Below are positions 19,144 through 28,750 of a stretch of DNA of 64,000 bases, in pieces. The notes under the pieces were generated by a model. The model saw nothing but the letters and a program-made list of their open reading frames with translations, had not been told where the DNA came from and ran no database searches. The translations under genes and the position numbers were made by a program. This stretch comes from Bacteroidota bacterium (GTDB lineage Bacteria; Bacteroidota; Bacteroidia; Chitinophagales; Chitinophagaceae): the NCBI GenBank assembly GCA_026391125.1, contig JAPLEO010000110.1, positions 7 to 64,006 on the forward strand, given 5' to 3'. Position 1 is the first letter of the stretch. Every line of letters starts with the position of its first letter.

Positions 19144-19671
19144 ATGAGAGTAATTAAATTGGCTCTAATAAGTATTGTAGCACTTTTTATAGTGATGTGC
19201 TTTTTTTCATTGATGATGCCATCAACCGTGATTGTATCGCGTGCAATTGACATTCATGCACCTGCAGATTCAATTAAATATTACGTGGCAGATCTTAATC
19301 AATGGGTGCACTGGGTTAAAGGAATGAATTCAAAGTCAGTTGTGATCAAATCTTCTAAAGAAGCAGACCTAGGTCGTCAGCAATTGACCATTCAAAATAT
19401 CACAGATACTTCTGTTGTGAGCATTTGGGCATCCCCAACTTCAAGTGTGCAAGAAAGCACTATCCGATTCATTCCTTCAAAGGAAAGAAGTCTGACGATT
19501 GTTCAATGGCAGTTCGTACAAAAGCTTCATTGGTATCCCTGGGAAAAATTTGGTTCTTTTATGAACGACAAAATCCTAAGTCCCATGATGGAGCAAAACC
19601 TGCAAAATTTAAAATTGCTTTCAGAGCACCAAACTGTGAATCTCGACTCAAATCCCATCGAGGCGCAATAG
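19144..19671 (+). CDS. Membrane-anchored SRPBCC-like hypothetical protein
   Basis: N-terminal TM helix followed by SRAIDIHAPADSIKYYVADLNQWVHW, a polyketide-cyclase/SRPBCC-like start. Weak support. Confidence 0.5.
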   Translation: MRVIKLALISIVALFIVMCFFSLMMPSTVIVSRAIDIHAPADSIKYYVADLNQWVHWVKGMNSKSVVIKSSKEADLGRQQLTIQNITDTSVVSIWASPTSSVQESTIRFIPSKERSLTIVQWQFVQKLHWYPWEKFGSFMNDKILSPMMEQNLQNLKLLSEHQTVNLDSNPIEAQ

Positions 19672-19809
19672 AAAACCGCATAAAATTCCGAAAACCGTTC
19701 TATTTTGGTTCTTTTTCGTCTAAATCTTGCATGAAATTGCACGTATTTGCGTAATATTTTTTTTGGTCTGCTATTTTTTGCCCACTTTTAGTATCTAACT
19801 GCGGCTCAC

Positions 19810-20556
19810 ATGCTTAAAAGAGAAAGGCAAGCATATATTCTTAAGCAAATCAACCTGCACAACCGAGTGCTATCATCCGATTTAAGCTTAGAAATCAATG
19901 TTTCAGAAGATACGATTCGAAGAGATTTAATAGAACTATCAGAATCAGACAAACTCATTAAAGTTCATGGCGGTGCACTTTCACGCTCATTTCACAGTTC
20001 ATTTCTTCGCTCTGATGTTTATCAATTAGATCATAAAAAGAAAATAGCCGCAAAGGCAGTAAGTCTTATTAAGGATGGCATGTTTGTACTTACAAGTGGA
20101 GGCACCACATTAATTGAAATGGCAAGAATGTTGCCTGTTGAATTACGAGCCACATTTTTTACTGGAAGTATTCCTGCTGCCTATGAATATGCGCAACACC
20201 CAAATATTGAAGTGATTTTTATTGGAGATAAGGTTTCGAAAAGTTCTCAGATTACGGTTGGTGGTGCTGCTATCCAAAAGATCCATAGCATAAAACCAGA
20301 CCTATGCTTACTTGGAATCAATGCCATTGATATGGAGAATGGAATAACCGATAATGATTGGGAAGTGGTTCAAGTAAAACAGGCTATGATTCAATGTGCT
20401 GCACAAACTGCTGTTCTTACCATTTCTGAAAAAATCAATTCTTTTCAAAGATTAAAGATCTGCGCAGTAGAAGAAGTAGATATTTTAATTACAGAGTTAG
20501 ATGAAAATGAGGGTGTTTTTGATACATTCAAACAACACGGATTAAAAGTGATCTAA
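19810..20556 (+). CDS. DeoR/GlpR family transcriptional regulator
   Basis: N-terminal HTH (VSEDTIRRDL) plus a C-terminal DeoR sugar-phosphate sensor domain. Confidence 0.9.
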   Translation: MLKRERQAYILKQINLHNRVLSSDLSLEINVSEDTIRRDLIELSESDKLIKVHGGALSRSFHSSFLRSDVYQLDHKKKIAAKAVSLIKDGMFVLTSGGTTLIEMARMLPVELRATFFTGSIPAAYEYAQHPNIEVIFIGDKVSKSSQITVGGAAIQKIHSIKPDLCLLGINAIDMENGITDNDWEVVQVKQAMIQCAAQTAVLTISEKINSFQRLKICAVEEVDILITELDENEGVFDTFKQHGLKVI

Positions 20557-20558
20557 CC

Positions 20559-21491
20559 CTAGATCGTTTCAATAAATAGTAAGTTTCTTTTGATTCCTTC
20601 AAACTTAGTTCGTTTCAAAGGTGAATCGCGAAACACATTTTTAAACGCTTCTTCACTGATTGATTTCCATTCTTGATTTGTATAGGATAAAATTTCTGGA
20701 ATAGCTTTGAAGGCTTCTTCTTTATTGGGTTTGCTGAATCTATTCCATGGACAAACGTCTTGACAAATATCACAGCCAAACATCCAATTTTTAAATTTCC
20801 CTTTCATCTCTTCTGAAATGAGTGCATCTTTTAATTCAATCGTAAAATAACTAATGCACTTGCTACCGTTGATCTGTTTGTTGGGTTGTATGGCTTCGGT
20901 TGGACAACTATCTATACACTTACTGCAGCTACCGCAATAGTCTTTCGCAAAAGGGTCGTCGTACTCTAATTCAATATCTACAATGAGTGTAGCAATAAAA
21001 TAAAAAGAGCCCGATTCTTTGTTGATCAGATTGCCATTTTTGCCGATCCATCCGGCACCTGTTTTTACTGCCCAGGTTCTTTCAAGCACGGGAGCAGAAT
21101 CTACAAATCCTCGACCAGAAATTTCTCCGATTTCTGAGTTCAAAATTTCTAAAAAATCTTTCAGCTGAGCACGAATCACTTCGTGATAATCTTTCCCATA
21201 CGCATACTTCGCAATATGAGGTGTATTTGGCAATTGTTGTTTTTCGGGATAATAATTTTTTAGTACGGTGATCACAGACTTTGCACCCGGCACAAGTTTT
21301 CTCGGATCAACGCGCATATCGAAATGGTTTTCCATATACTGCATTTTACCATGCAGATTTTGGTTCAGCCAAGTCTCTAACCTTCTTGCATCTTCGTCAA
21401 GAAAACCAGCTTTGGCAATTCCACAATAATGAAAGCCAAGCGCTGCCGCTTTTTGTTTTACAATTTGAGTATTTTTTTGAAGCAGGTTCAA
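20559..21491 (-). CDS. queG: tRNA epoxyqueuosine(34) reductase
   Basis: Two 4Fe-4S motifs (CGSCSKCIDSCP, CDICQDVCPWN) and a QueG-type N-terminal domain. Confidence 0.9.
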   Translation of the reverse strand: MNLLQKNTQIVKQKAAALGFHYCGIAKAGFLDEDARRLETWLNQNLHGKMQYMENHFDMRVDPRKLVPGAKSVITVLKNYYPEKQQLPNTPHIAKYAYGKDYHEVIRAQLKDFLEILNSEIGEISGRGFVDSAPVLERTWAVKTGAGWIGKNGNLINKESGSFYFIATLIVDIELEYDDPFAKDYCGSCSKCIDSCPTEAIQPNKQINGSKCISYFTIELKDALISEEMKGKFKNWMFGCDICQDVCPWNRFSKPNKEEAFKAIPEILSYTNQEWKSISEEAFKNVFRDSPLKRTKFEGIKRNLLFIETI

Positions 21492-21505
21492 TCGATGGTT
21501 AACTT

Positions 21506-22558
21506 TTAATTTTTACATGCAGAACCCATTTGCTCATCGATGATCGACTTGATATCTTTATAAATACCACGCTGACTATCTTTCAATAAAGCATTTGTAA
21601 ACACGATACAAGCGTAACCACGACAAATATCAACCAAGGGCCAGGTACCAAAAAGTCCGGGGCAACTTACAACTTTTGCTTTTCCATTTTCATCAGTTTC
21701 TTGGATCCATTCGCCCAGACCATAGTTAAATCCTTCTGCAACTTTTGGAGCATATTTAATAATACCGGTATTGGTTCTAAGCGTTTGCATTTCGACGATC
21801 GATTTTTCAGACAAAACTCTTTTGCCATTAAATTCTCCTTTGTTTAAAATCATGGCCAAGAAATTCATATAATCGTTGGCAGTAGAAATAGCACCACCCG
21901 ATGGGTTAACTGCATCGAGGCTAGAAAAACTAGTATTACGCATTAACAATGGTCTGGTAATTCTTTCTTGCATTAATTGTTCAAAGCCTCTTCTGCCAAC
22001 AATCTCAACAATGCGCCCAGCGATATTTAATCCAATATTGCTGTAACGAAATTCTAGTCCCGGATTCGCTTGGATTTCTTTTTTAGAGGCAAAGTCAACC
22101 ACTTCTTCTTCTAATGAAGTAAAAGATTTTCTTTCCATCATACGCAACACCAGATTGGGATCAGTCTTAATACCGGTCATATGACTCAAACAATCTCGGA
22201 TAGTAATATAGCCTTTCGAATAACTCGCGAAAATGGGAATGTATTTACTTACTTTATCGTCGAGTGAAAGCTTGCCTTGGTCTACAAAACTCATCACCAG
22301 CGCGGCTGTTAACCATTTACTACAACTTGCAATTGGGGCCTGTGTTTTGGCAGTAAATTCTCCCACTGCTTTTTGATAAATCAACTTTCCATCTTTATAG
22401 ATCATGGTAATTGCACCGCCACCTAAATCCTTTTTTGAGGCATCCATTTTTTGATCTAAGGCCACAAAATTATATTGTGCATTTATTCCCTGAAAGAATA
22501 GCAGAAAAATCAAGATAGCACTGACTTTTACGCAGAAAAAGTGGAACTTTACAGTCAT
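21506..22558 (-). CDS. Serine hydrolase (beta-lactamase/PBP-like, class C family)
   Basis: SxxK motif (SCSKW), a YSN motif (RYSNIG) and a signal peptide. The start was set to MTVKFHFF (ATG at 22558). Confidence 0.8.
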   Translation of the reverse strand: MTVKFHFFCVKVSAILIFLLFFQGINAQYNFVALDQKMDASKKDLGGGAITMIYKDGKLIYQKAVGEFTAKTQAPIASCSKWLTAALVMSFVDQGKLSLDDKVSKYIPIFASYSKGYITIRDCLSHMTGIKTDPNLVLRMMERKSFTSLEEEVVDFASKKEIQANPGLEFRYSNIGLNIAGRIVEIVGRRGFEQLMQERITRPLLMRNTSFSSLDAVNPSGGAISTANDYMNFLAMILNKGEFNGKRVLSEKSIVEMQTLRTNTGIIKYAPKVAEGFNYGLGEWIQETDENGKAKVVSCPGLFGTWPLVDICRGYACIVFTNALLKDSQRGIYKDIKSIIDEQMGSACKN

Positions 22559-22687
22559 AATTTCCGATTTTAAATAGCCCCAAACCACAATCGGGTTGTA
22601 GAACGATTTTTGATTCTAATTTAATGCTTCCTACTGAAATCGGGTGGGAAGTTAAACATTCAATCGTTAAGCAGTTCTTAATTGAAC

Positions 22688-22695
22688 AAGGAGGA
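22688..22695 (+). promoter_or_regulatory. Canonical Shine-Dalgarno-like AAGGAGGA, with 7 nt between its GGAGG core and the clpB ATG
   Basis: Read directly. The start regions inspected for sppA, csp, the PNP gene, the AKR gene, the DeoR gene, the TetR gene and the hybrid kinase gene show no comparable purine block. Confidence 0.5.
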
Positions 22696-22701
22696 TAATT
22701 T

Positions 22702-25305
22702 ATGAATCTCAACAATTATACCATTAAAGCGCAGGAAACCATGCAGAAAGCCCAGCAATTGGCTTTTAATACTGGGAACCCTAATTTGGAAACCAATCAC
22801 TTATTGAAAGTGTTATTGGCTGATACAGATAGTACCGTTGCGTTTCTTTTGAAGCGGAATAATATCAATATAGCTTTTGTTGAATCAAAGATGGATGAAG
22901 CCATCGCAAAACTTCCTAAACAAACAGGTGCGGAAGCTGCACAGAATATTAGTCGGGATCTAGGAAATGTGTTACTTCAAGCAAATAAAGTATTGAAAGA
23001 ATTTGGAGATGAATTTGTAAGTCAGGAGCATTTATTATTAGCATTATTACAAGTAAATGATGATGTTGCTAAAACATTAAAAGCTGCTGGCTTAACTGAG
23101 AAAGGATTGATCACTGCGATCAAAGATTTGAGAAAGGGCGATACCATCAATTCTCAGACTCAAGAAACCCAGATGAATAATTTGAACAAGTTTGCCAAGA
23201 ATTTAAATGATATGGCACGCCAGGGCAAATTAGATCCTGTGATTGGGCGCGATGAGGAAATCAGAAGAACACTACATATACTTACCCGTAGAACTAAGAA
23301 TAATCCAATATTAGTTGGTGAACCAGGAGTTGGTAAAACTGCGATCGTGGAAGGACTGGCTATGCGGATCATAAATGGAGATGTTCCAGACAACTTGAAA
23401 TCAAAAACCATTTTTGCGTTGGATATGGGGCAACTAATTGCTGGTGCCAAATATAAGGGTGAGTTTGAAGAACGACTGAAAGGTGTGGTAAAAGAAGTGG
23501 CAGGTAGTGATGGTGAGATCATTTTATTCATTGATGAGATCCATACACTAATTGGTGCAGGTGGTGGCGAAGGAGCAATGGACGCAGCAAACATACTTAA
23601 GCCGGCACTAGCACGTGGCGAACTCAGAGCTATTGGTGCAACTACTTTAAACGAGTATCAAAAATATTTTGAAAAAGATAAGGCGCTGGAACGTCGTTTC
23701 CAGAAAGTGATGATTGATGAGCCAAGCAATGAAGATGCAATTTCTATTTTGCGTGGATTAAAAGATCGTTATGAAACACACCACCACGTGCGGATCAAAG
23801 ACGAAGCAATTATAGCCGCAGTGGAATTGTCTAGCAGGTATATTACAGATCGTTTTCTGCCTGATAAAGCCATTGACTTGATTGATGAGAGCGCTGCCAA
23901 ACTGCGCCTAGAAATGAATTCGATGCCGGAAGAGTTAGACAAATTGGAAAGACAAATTCGTCAGCTTGAAATTGAAAGAGAAGCGATCAAGCGTGAGAAA
24001 GATGAGAGTCTTTTAAAAGACCTAAATATTGAGATCAGCAATTTGAGTGTTGAGAGAGATACTTTACGTGCGAAGTGGCGTGAAGAAAAAGAGATCGTAG
24101 AAAAAATTCAAAATACTAAGGCAAATATTGAAAGCCTAAAACTAGAAGCCGATCAGGCAGAAAGAAATGGCGATTATGGTAAGGTTGCAGAGATCAGATA
24201 TGGGAAAGTAAAGGAAGAAGAAAAACTCATTGAAGCTGCAACGTTACAACTAAACGCGCTCAGTGCACATAGCAAGCGTTTGATGAAAGAAGAAGTAGAT
24301 GCAGAAGACATTGCAGATAATATTGCAAAAGCTACTGGAATTCCTGTTTCAAAAATGTTGCAAAGTGAAAGAGAAAAATTATTACATCTAGAAGATGAAT
24401 TACATCAAAGAGTAGTTGGACAAGTAGAAGCGATCACTGCAGTTGCTGATGCCATCAGAAGGAGTAGGGCTGGTTTACAAGATCCTAAAAAACCGATTGG
24501 CTCGTTTATTTTCTTGGGAACAACGGGAGTTGGTAAAACAGAATTAGCAAAAGCACTGGCTGAATATTTATTTGATGATGAGTCAATGATGACAAGGATC
24601 GATATGAGTGAGTACCAAGAGAAACATACCGTTTCAAGATTGGTAGGAGCACCTCCAGGATATGTGGGTTATGAAGAAGGCGGACAATTAACAGAAGCCG
24701 TTCGCAGAAAACCTTACAGCGTGGTATTACTAGATGAGATTGAAAAAGCCCATCCGGATGTTTGGAATATTCTATTGCAAGTATTGGATGATGGACGTCT
24801 TACTGATAATAAAGGAAGGGTAGTGAATTTTAAAAATACTATCATCATTATGACCAGCAATATTGGTAGTGCCATCATACAAGATGCATTTGAAGAAATA
24901 GATGAAAGCAATGTAGAGTTGGTGATTGAAAAAACAAAATTGGAGGTCATGCATCTGTTACGCCAAACCGTGCGACCAGAATTCTTGAATCGTGTTGACG
25001 AGATCATTATGTTCCAACCTTTGTTGAAAAAGCAGATCATGGGAATTGTGAAAATTCAACTAGAAGGGTTACGCAAATTAGTGGCTGAGAATGGCATCCA
25101 ATTGAATTATAGCGATTATCTATTAGAGTTTTTAGCTGAACAAGGATACGATCCTCAGTTTGGTGCAAGACCGCTAAAAAGGTTGATACAAAAAATGATA
25201 GTGAATGATCTTAGCAAAAAAATCCTATCAGGACAGATTGATAAAGAAAAACATGTCCTAGTGGATGTGTTTGATGGAGTGGTTGTTTTTCGAAATGAGG
25301 ACTGA
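22702..25305 (+). CDS. clpB: ATP-dependent chaperone ClpB
   Basis: 867 aa. Clp N domain, two AAA+ modules ([16 protein letters not shown]) and a long middle coiled coil. Confidence 0.97.
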   Translation: MNLNNYTIKAQETMQKAQQLAFNTGNPNLETNHLLKVLLADTDSTVAFLLKRNNINIAFVESKMDEAIAKLPKQTGAEAAQNISRDLGNVLLQANKVLKEFGDEFVSQEHLLLALLQVNDDVAKTLKAAGLTEKGLITAIKDLRKGDTINSQTQETQMNNLNKFAKNLNDMARQGKLDPVIGRDEEIRRTLHILTRRTKNNPILVGEPGVGKTAIVEGLAMRIINGDVPDNLKSKTIFALDMGQLIAGAKYKGEFEERLKGVVKEVAGSDGEIILFIDEIHTLIGAGGGEGAMDAANILKPALARGELRAIGATTLNEYQKYFEKDKALERRFQKVMIDEPSNEDAISILRGLKDRYETHHHVRIKDEAIIAAVELSSRYITDRFLPDKAIDLIDESAAKLRLEMNSMPEELDKLERQIRQLEIEREAIKREKDESLLKDLNIEISNLSVERDTLRAKWREEKEIVEKIQNTKANIESLKLEADQAERNGDYGKVAEIRYGKVKEEEKLIEAATLQLNALSAHSKRLMKEEVDAEDIADNIAKATGIPVSKMLQSEREKLLHLEDELHQRVVGQVEAITAVADAIRRSRAGLQDPKKPIGSFIFLGTTGVGKTELAKALAEYLFDDESMMTRIDMSEYQEKHTVSRLVGAPPGYVGYEEGGQLTEAVRRKPYSVVLLDEIEKAHPDVWNILLQVLDDGRLTDNKGRVVNFKNTIIIMTSNIGSAIIQDAFEEIDESNVELVIEKTKLEVMHLLRQTVRPEFLNRVDEIIMFQPLLKKQIMGIVKIQLEGLRKLVAENGIQLNYSDYLLEFLAEQGYDPQFGARPLKRLIQKMIVNDLSKKILSGQIDKEKHVLVDVFDGVVVFRNED

Positions 25306-25311
25306 AAATAA

Positions 25312-25465
25312 GTGAAGAGATAAAAGATAAAAGATAAAAGTGAGGAGTGAGGAGTGAGGAGTGAGGAGTGAGGAGTGAGAAGTGAGAAGTGAGGAGTGAG
25401 GAGTGAGAAGTGAGGAGTGAGAAGTGAGAAGTGAGAAGTGAGGAGTGAGAAGTGAGAAGTGAGGA
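25312..25465 (+). repeat. 22 tandem heptamers: GTGAAGA, GATAAAA x3, then 18 x GTGAGRA (10 GTGAGGA, 8 GTGAGAA)
   Basis: Counted unit by unit from the sequence. The plus strand has no C at all from the clpB stop to about 25471. The repeat starts 6 nt after the clpB stop. Confidence 0.97.
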
Positions 25466-25493
25466 GTAAAGCTAGGTGGATGCAATTTTAGTT

Positions 25494-25553
25494 CCCCTCC
25501 TGTGCGCTTGCGCATAGGAGGGGACGCCGATTCCGCGAACGCGGAATACGGCG
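25494..25553. other. GC-rich twin hairpin element
   Basis: Hairpin 1: cccctcct (25494-25501) / aggagggg (25516-25523). Hairpin 2: ccgattccgcg / cgcggaatacgg (25527-25551, one mismatch). It abuts the stop of the minus-strand M1 peptidase gene. Confidence 0.55.
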
Positions 25554-25561
25554 GGGGTGGT

Positions 25562-27439
25562 TTATTTCCAGGTATTATCTTTCTCATTAGCATCCATAAA
25601 AATGCCGCCTTTTAATTGCACTGTTTTTACTTTTTTACTGCTACTGATTTGAATTTTGGCTTCTTTGTTTTGAGTTTTCCAAATTGCTGGAGATTGATGT
25701 AAACTTTCTGTTGTATTATCATCATAAGTTACTACCACATCAAATGGTGCGGGATAGCCACCGATATTTTTTATAGTAACCGTAAATCCTTTTCTTGATT
25801 TTTCTACTTTATCGATTGCAAAGTCGATATAATTATTACTGAAGAACCAGTTATTCCAGAACCAGTTTAAATCCTGACCAGCAGCATCATTAAATGAAAA
25901 GAAGAAATCCCAAGGAATTGGGTGTTTGCCATTCCATCGGTCCATATAAGTGTGTAGACATTTTTTAAATTCATCCTCACCTAAATAATCGATCAGGGCA
26001 AGGTAACCAAGAGAGGGCTTGCCATAGGTATTATTGCCATAACCAGCACTACTCCCTAATGCTGTTGCTGGTGTAATGATGGGCAAGTCTTCTGATGCTT
26101 CTTTATCATTGATCCAACCAGCCACTCTAAATTGTTTATACAGGTTTTCTGCTTTTTCTTTTCCCGATTCTGTTCTTCCAATCAACAATTCTAAAGTTGT
26201 TGCCCAACCTTCATCCATAAAGGGATACCTATGTTCGTTGATGCCCATGTAAAAAGGAAAATAGGTATGCGCAATTTCGTGTTCGGCTACAAAGCGCGAG
26301 AATGTTGTATCACTAGTACTTCCATCATTCACCATCATAGGATATTCCATATCTGCAAACCCTTGACATACGGTCATTTTAGGGTAAGGATATGCAACAC
26401 CTGGCCAATTATGCGAGAACCAGTCCAATGCGTGTTGTGCAAATCCTACCATATAATGGAAGTCTTTCGCTTTATCTAAAAAAGCAGCTTGAACACTTGC
26501 TCTTCTCTTGGTGGCATCATCTACGATCACACTTGACGCATCCCATACATAATGATCGCTAATACAAACTGCAACATCAGGAATATGGGTAGAAGTGAAT
26601 ACCCATTCATTCCAATCTTTTTGTTGGGTAACAGCATTTGCTTTTAGTTCATCATTGGTAGCAATATGAATCAGTTCGTTTGTAGTCATCGATTTTTCTA
26701 AACGATCTGCATATTCTTTGTTTAATACTTCTTGCGGGTTTTCTAGCGTACCAGTTGCCCATGCAATAAAGTTCTTTGGAATTTTAACTGTTAAACGATA
26801 ATCGTTAAAATCGTTATAGAACTCTTGCATATCGGTAAAAGTGGCACGGTCCCAACCATTATAGTCATCATAAACCGCAACCCTTGGATAAAAATAGGCT
26901 AGAAAAATGCTGGATGAATCAAGCATGCCCTCTCTACCACTTTCTTTAGAAGCCTGGAAGTGCCAGTCGAAAGTTAATTTCACTGAATCTTTGGGCAAAA
27001 GCGGACTACTTAAACGAATCGTATTCCAAGTTAAATGGTTATTATTTTCTTTAAATGCAACGGTTTTTCCATTTACGGTACAGCCATCAATTTTTACCCC
27101 ATCAGTTAAATAATCTGATTGTGCATCTCCATCTCTACTAGCACCTGGTTTGTGAATATTTTGAATCAGTTTAATAACAAGATTCTTGAGAGTATCCGGA
27201 CTATTATTGATATATGTGATCTGTTCTGACCCCTTTACAGTTCTATCTGGAGGAGCCGTGGTGATCTGAATATTATAAGTGCCTTTATTCTGCCAATAAT
27301 TCGCACCTGGAGCTCCATTTGAAGTTCTGGTCCCTTTTTTATAGGCTTGCTGAATATCTCTGGGTTGGTATAAATCCTGCGAATAAGAAGAACTTAAAAC
27401 AGTTAATAGGATACCTGTAAAATATAATTTTTGTAGCAT
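25562..27439 (-). CDS. M1 family zinc metallopeptidase (secreted)
   Basis: HEIAH-x18-E gluzincin motif (HEIAHTYFPFYMGINEHRYPFMDE). Signal peptide. Confidence 0.9.
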   Translation of the reverse strand: MLQKLYFTGILLTVLSSSYSQDLYQPRDIQQAYKKGTRTSNGAPGANYWQNKGTYNIQITTAPPDRTVKGSEQITYINNSPDTLKNLVIKLIQNIHKPGASRDGDAQSDYLTDGVKIDGCTVNGKTVAFKENNNHLTWNTIRLSSPLLPKDSVKLTFDWHFQASKESGREGMLDSSSIFLAYFYPRVAVYDDYNGWDRATFTDMQEFYNDFNDYRLTVKIPKNFIAWATGTLENPQEVLNKEYADRLEKSMTTNELIHIATNDELKANAVTQQKDWNEWVFTSTHIPDVAVCISDHYVWDASSVIVDDATKRRASVQAAFLDKAKDFHYMVGFAQHALDWFSHNWPGVAYPYPKMTVCQGFADMEYPMMVNDGSTSDTTFSRFVAEHEIAHTYFPFYMGINEHRYPFMDEGWATTLELLIGRTESGKEKAENLYKQFRVAGWINDKEASEDLPIITPATALGSSAGYGNNTYGKPSLGYLALIDYLGEDEFKKCLHTYMDRWNGKHPIPWDFFFSFNDAAGQDLNWFWNNWFFSNNYIDFAIDKVEKSRKGFTVTIKNIGGYPAPFDVVVTYDDNTTESLHQSPAIWKTQNKEAKIQISSSKKVKTVQLKGGIFMDANEKDNTWK

Positions 27440-27544
27440 GGAAAAAATTTAGAAATTCAAGATAAAAACAAAGCAATGAAAGCAAGCGATAATTTACAGG
27501 AAAGGCAATTTTAATTGGTTCACTATTTCTACATTTGAAAACAT

Positions 27545-28063
27545 ATGATTCAATTTAACACAACGATACAAAAGTTTGGAACACTGGGGGAGAAGACTGG
27601 ATGGACCTATATCCTTATTCCAGAAGCCCTTGCGCTGGAGTTGAAGCCAGGCAATAAGCAATCGTTTCGTGTAAAAGGCAAATTGGATCAATGGGCTTTT
27701 AAGCAGTTGGCCCTGATACCGATGGGGGATGGGGATTTCATTTTGGCTTTAAATGCCGAGATCCGCAAACAGATCAAGAAAAATAAAGGGGCAACGATTT
27801 CCGTACAAATGGCAATTGACAAATCTGAGATAGAATTATCAACAGACCTGATGCTCTGTTTAGAAGACGACCCGGCTGCGAAAGCCTATTTTAATAAAAT
27901 CCCGGGCTCCCATCAAAAATACTATAGCCGATGGATTGATTCGGCCAAAACCGATGAAACCAAGGCCAAAAGGATTGCATTGGCTTTGAAGGCCCTTGCG
28001 AGGCAAATGGACTACGGTTCTATGATTAGAGAGGATAAAGACGAAAGGGAAAAATTTAAATAA
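27545..28063 (+). CDS. DUF1905 / YdeI-OmpD-associated family protein
   Basis: N-terminal GWTYILIP...FRVKGKLD pattern and a C-terminal YYSRWIDSAKTDETKAKRI pattern. Confidence 0.7.
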   Translation: MIQFNTTIQKFGTLGEKTGWTYILIPEALALELKPGNKQSFRVKGKLDQWAFKQLALIPMGDGDFILALNAEIRKQIKKNKGATISVQMAIDKSEIELSTDLMLCLEDDPAAKAYFNKIPGSHQKYYSRWIDSAKTDETKAKRIALALKALARQMDYGSMIREDKDEREKFK

Positions 28064-28078
28064 AAAACACCCCAAAAA

Positions 28079-28096
28079 ACTTACTTATTAGTAAGT
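28079..28096. promoter_or_regulatory. Palindromic operator candidate ACTTACT-TATT-AGTAAGT upstream of the TetR gene
   Basis: 7-4-7 inverted repeat, 18 nt upstream of the GTG start. The 22-mer AAACTTACTTATTAGTAAGTAA recurs exactly at 28701-28722. Confidence 0.6.
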
Positions 28097-28114
28097 AACT
28101 CTTAATTTTACAAA

Positions 28115-28687
28115 GTGAGTGCAAGAAACCCCGATACCAAGGCAGAAATTCTGAGAATAGGGAAGCAGTTTATCCAATTTTATGGGTACAATGCTTTTAG
28201 CTATGCGGATATTGCCCGTGAACTAAACATGAAAAATGCAGCAGTGCATTATCATTTTAGAGGGAAGGAAGATCTGTTAATGGCATTGATTGATAATTAT
28301 ATCGAAACCTATCAACTTCTTGCAAAGCAATTACAGCATTCAAAAGTGAGTGCCATAGGAAAGCTGGAGAAATTTATAGAACCCTATACAATGCTTTGTG
28401 AAAGTGATAGTATTTGTATCATTGGTTCTATTGCGTCTGATTATAATACCCTACCCGAATCTGTAAAAGTCAAGATCAGTTCATTGATTGAGCTAGTAAT
28501 GGGTATGGTTGAACAAACTTTGGCAGAAGGTAAGAAGCTAGGAGAATTGCATTTTTCAGAAACTGCAAGAACGCAGGCATTGCTGATCATGACCAATTTG
28601 GCTGCCGGTGTTCAGCTGGCTAGGATCTCGGGAAAGAAAGATTATATGAGCATTCGTAAGGCGTTGATCAAACAATTAAAAGGCTAA
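28115..28687 (+). CDS. TetR/AcrR family transcriptional regulator (GTG start)
   Basis: N-terminal HTH: FSYADIARELNMKNAAVHYHFRGKEDL. Confidence 0.9.
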   Translation: MSARNPDTKAEILRIGKQFIQFYGYNAFSYADIARELNMKNAAVHYHFRGKEDLLMALIDNYIETYQLLAKQLQHSKVSAIGKLEKFIEPYTMLCESDSICIIGSIASDYNTLPESVKVKISSLIELVMGMVEQTLAEGKKLGELHFSETARTQALLIMTNLAAGVQLARISGKKDYMSIRKALIKQLKG

Positions 28688-28702
28688 TTTTTTAACTATA
28701 AA

Positions 28703-28720
28703 ACTTACTTATTAGTAAGT
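28703..28720. promoter_or_regulatory. Second copy of the palindromic operator candidate, upstream of the 188-aa secreted protein gene
   Basis: Identical 18-mer palindrome, 30 nt upstream of the ATG at 28751. Confidence 0.6.
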
Positions 28721-28750
28721 AAAATAATAAAACAACAAAATACAAAAACT

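Noticed and set aside
19425-19754. 109-aa and 71-aa ORFs overlapping the end of the SRPBCC-like gene
   Set aside because: They are alternative-frame or antisense ORFs with no motifs, and they overlap a better-supported frame that is coupled to the upstream permease.
25312-25465. Possible CRISPR array
   Set aside because: The units are 7 bp and directly abutting with no spacers. No cas genes are nearby.
25258-25593. 111-aa minus-strand ORF with [14 protein letters not shown] peptide repeats
   Set aside because: It merely reads through the 7-bp tandem repeat. A period of 7 cycles through all three frames. The ORF also overlaps both the clpB 3' end and the M1 peptidase 3' end.
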